In this document: in pieces, positions 60,477 through 64,000 of the stretch
How positions within the stretch are numbered: position 1 is the stretch's first letter
Layout of the letters: each line of letters starts with the position of its first letter
Source of the DNA: Saprolegnia diclina VS20
Lineage: Eukaryota
Assembly: GCF_000281045.1 (NCBI RefSeq)
Contig: NW_008246084.1
Span: forward strand, 343,769-407,768
DNA length: 64,000 bases
Reading direction: 5' to 3'
The notes under the pieces: generated by a model
Seen by the model: only the letters and a program-made list of their open reading frames with translations
Told to the model about the DNA's origin: nothing
Databases searched by the model: none
Translations under genes and position numbers: made by a program

Positions 60477-63400
60477 ATGTCGGCCTGCGTCGGAAGCACG
60501 GGGCGCGGCCTCCTCCGCGACCTCTGGAGCTTTGAGGACGAGGACGATAGCGTCAGCAGCAAGAGGCCGAGCGAGGCCTCGAGCCTCCGATCGCCGAACC
60601 CGCTCCTGCTCATCCAGACCCACGACAGCGACAGCGACGACGACGCCAAGGCGTACGGCGCTATCGACGTAGGCCTCCGCACGCTCGACCTCGTCGTGTC
60701 ACCGAGCGCGAGCACCGTGCTCAAAGAAGGCTGGCTCGTCAAGCGCGGTCACAACTGGCATACATGGAAGACGCGATGGTTTGTGCTCTATCGGGACGCA
60801 CGGCTCGTCTACTACCGCAACCCGAAGCTCAAGAAGGTCAAGGGCTGCTTGCGCCTCGACGACGGGATCGTCAAGGTGCAGTTCGCCGACACGTACCAGA
60901 CGAAGCGCAAGTACAGTTTCCAAGTCGTCAAGGGCTACTACGTGCTTTTCTGCAGTTGCACAACCAAAGTCGAGGCCGACGAGTGGGTCCACGCACTCCG
61001 CCGCGTGCGAACACTGAGCCCGTCCGACACGGAAGGGCCCGTGAGCCTAACATCGCTTGTGCCAAACGAGGCGTCGGTCGCTGCGCAGCTCGCGAGCAAG
61101 CCATATGCAAGCACGATCGACCGTCAAATCGAGCTCTTCCGCCTCCGCGCCACAACCACGGTCGCGGGCAACAACCCTATGACGCCCACGTCGCTCCTCC
61201 GCTTCATCTCGGAGCTCGAGAACCAGATCATGCAGTCCATCTTCTTTTGCAACGACGACAACACGCGGCTCGCGGTGCGCTACTACGTTGAAGACAAGGT
61301 CTTTTTGCCGCTCATCGAGCTCTTCTACAGCGGCGTCCTTCGACACGCCCATGCCCCGTCGCCCATGCATCTCCAGAAGCTCCGGAATTTGCCACCACAC
61401 CACTTGAACCCGACCGATGCGACGGACGACTGGTCGTTTGCGATCAACAGCCTCAGCACCATCGACACGGTCTCGCTGCCGTCCCATAAGCTCTGGGTGC
61501 TCTTGGAGACGATTGCGTGGATCGATGAAACGCTGCGGGCGACACCGGACGCGACGCCCGAGTGTCGGCGATGCGTACTCTCATACGTTCTCGTGCACGC
61601 GGCGATCGAAGACCTGGCGGTGCTGGCACAACTACTGGAGTGGACCCAGTTGTACCTGCCTCGTTGCGGGCACCCGAATGACTCGACGTACTTTGGACAC
61701 TTTGTCGACGCGCTCGCGTGGCTTCAGCGCTACGATGGGTCGGTCGGCGCCACGTCGATCCCGGCGCTCACACTGCCGTTCTCGACCCCCGAGATTGGCA
61801 TCCAGCTCAGCGCTGTCGTGAGCGACCGAGGCGCGCGCGTCGCAAGCATCAAGAAGCACTCGCAAGCCAGCTTGTGTCCTGCGCTCACGTCGGACCTCGT
61901 CCTTGTCGGTATCAACGAGACGCTCGTGCTCTCGTGGACGCTCTTTGACATTATCGACTTCCTCCGCGCCGCGCCTCTGCCCAAGCGCTTGGCGTTCGTC
62001 TCGGACGCCGACTATGACAAGCTGACGGCAACTCCGGACTTTGACGCGTTTCTCTTTTGCCTCTGCGCGTCCCGTGGCGATATTGCCGGTCTCCAAGCAC
62101 TTGTGGACGAGCACGGGGACGCAGCGCTGCACCGCGTGTGCAAGTGGGACCGAAGTCTCTTGCTCGCGAGCTTGCCGTGGCTCCCGGCGTCGCAGGACAC
62201 ACCGCTGCATGCGGCGGTTAGCGCCGGCCAAGCACGCATGGTGGTCGAGCTCCTCGAAGAGCACCGAGTCAACCCCACCGTGTGCAACGCGTCGGGGCAA
62301 AGTCCGCTCCACGTCCTCCAGTCGCACATCCCCGAAATCGCGCCAACACTCTTTGGACACGGCGGACAGCGCATCCTCGACTGCCGGGACCCGCGCGGGT
62401 ACACGCCGCTCATGCTGCAGTGCGGTCGCGGCAACGCCGAAGGCGTCGTGACGCTTCTCGGGCTTGGCGCCGATCTCAACGCCGTGGCGTGGTCCAACGG
62501 CACGACGGCGCTCTGCGAGGCGGTGGCGGCCGCCGATCTTAGCCTCGTGGACGTCTGCCTCTTGCGCGGCGCCAACGTGCGCCACGCGAACCTGCAGCGG
62601 GAGACACCGCTGCATATCGCAGCGCGTGCCGGCCACTTGAAGCTTCTCCAGTTTCTCCTCGCGGGCGGTGCGCTCGTCTCGACGCAGAACCGGCTCGGAA
62701 TGACGCCGGCCGCGGTCTTACTACAAGCACCCCCCGCCTCGTCGCAAGTGCTCTTGGACTGCCTCGTGCTGCTGGCGACGCCGTCGGTGCTCGAGATACC
62801 CGACATGTGGGGCCGACGCCTCGTGCATTACGCCAGCCAGCTCGAGGTCGGTCTCAAGGACGTGATGGAGTTCCTGCTTGGGCGCGGCGCCAACGGCCAC
62901 GCTCTCGACCTCTTTGGGGACGCCCCGCGCGAGTACCGACGCCACCCAAAGGACCACGGCGTACAGTACGCGCCGCCGACCGCACACATGCGGCACCTCG
63001 GCGTGACGCTCAACACCTTGGCCGACGGGAAGCTCCAGCTCCAGAGCGGCCGGCTCGAGGATCTGCTCACGTACTTGATTGCGGACAAGTCGATGCGCCT
63101 CCAGGACATGTTTGCGTTCGTCCTCAACAGCGCAACGTACATGGACATGGCGTCGCTGCTCGTGCTTCTCAAGGCCAAGACCGCCCAGAGCCAAAAGGGC
63201 CTCAAGAAGGCGTGGAGCGTCGCCAACTTCCAGCGCGACCGTACGACAATTGCATTTTCGATGTGGAGGTATCGCACGAGGCTCATTCATGGGTAGCCAA
63301 CTGCGGCGCGCTCTTCTTCCTTGCCGTCACTGCGTACTTGCATCCCGGGCTTGCGTCGACGCCCGAGTTTACCGACTGCCTTGGCGTCGTCGGAACGTCG

Positions 63401-64000
63401 GCGCAGCTGGCCACCTACGTGCACGGCCTCGAGCGCTACTACCGCGCGGGCGCGCCGTCGCCGCTGTACGCCGATCTGTACGACCACATGACGGGCATGT
63501 ACAGCGTCAAGCCGAGCTACGATGGCGCCCGCGCCCGCGTCGGCCGCCTCAACCCGTAGCGCTGGAAGAAGCGAGAGCGATGCTCATGGAAAATGCATGT
63601 AGGATGTCGACAAGTGCGCTCGACTTGGCGCGGCAGTGCACGCTCGTGTCGCACGCGGTCTTTGCGCAGATCCCGATCCGGCAGCTACTGCAGCCCAAGT
63701 GCAGTCACACGGGGTTCTTGGCGGCCCGGCACTGGTTCCAGCACGTACGTCCTCTCCCTCTTCCCGGTGCTCGAGCAAAAGGCGCGTAGCTCTCGGCGCT
63801 CGTGATCAACTACGTGCTGCTGGAAGAGTCGCCGCCAGCGCGCGCCGACGTCGTCGCCTTCTTTGTCGAGGTACCGGGTCGCGCTGTTTAGTGCTTGATT
63901 GCCATGTGAGACTATTGCACTAGGTCGCGGTGCAGTGCTTTGAGACGTTCCAGAACTTTGACTCGTTCATTGCGATCTTGTACGCGCTGCAGTCGACCGC
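60477..64000 (+). CDS. PH-VPS9-PDZ-ankyrin-RasGEF_N-RasGEF multidomain protein (3' end off window)
   Basis: PH (KEGWLVKRGHNWHTWKTRWFVL...EWVHAL), VPS9-like (LPSHKLWVL..LSYVLVHA..YFGHFVDA), PDZ-like (GIQL..LVGINET), ankyrin (TPLHAA, TPLML, TPLHIAA), REM (SGRLEDLL) and CDC25-like (DLARQCTL..QNFDSFIAILYALQS). Confidence 0.78.

Overview
This is compact, GC-rich eukaryotic genomic DNA with many short (about 40-60 nt) GT-AG introns. Gene content, codon usage and Inr/FPR-like promoter elements point to an oomycete, probably Saprolegniales (inference). There are about 32 protein-coding genes and one 495-N assembly gap (2148-2642). Recognisable genes include 6PGDH, NAT10/Kre33, RPS3, a GEP4-like phosphatase, LRRC49, TMEM135-like, a class II aldolase, ubiquitin-eS30, ALDH, NIPA, CLP1 and a CTL/SLC44 transporter. 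Diverged paralog pairs (FYVE x2, PX x2, Cys/His-repeat x2) cluster at 27.8-39.4 kb. The most striking gene (minus strand, 3253 to beyond the left edge) is largely missed by the ORF track: it joins a Nup98-type GLEBS (Rae1-binding) motif and FSFG repeats to tandem CbxX/SpoVK-type AAA+ ATPase domains. Other candidates are a canonical ubiquitin-eS30 fusion, a SYCP2-like meiotic axis protein, a UBL-SHP-CW p97 cofactor, a lysine-less lipoyl-domain protein, and a PH-VPS9-PDZ-ANK-RasGEF protein. Non-coding points of interest are a perfect 33-bp hairpin, a MITE-like element and a recurrent TATCCGGATA promoter motif. All domain calls are by eye; no database searches were run. No tRNA, rRNA or CRISPR array was seen.
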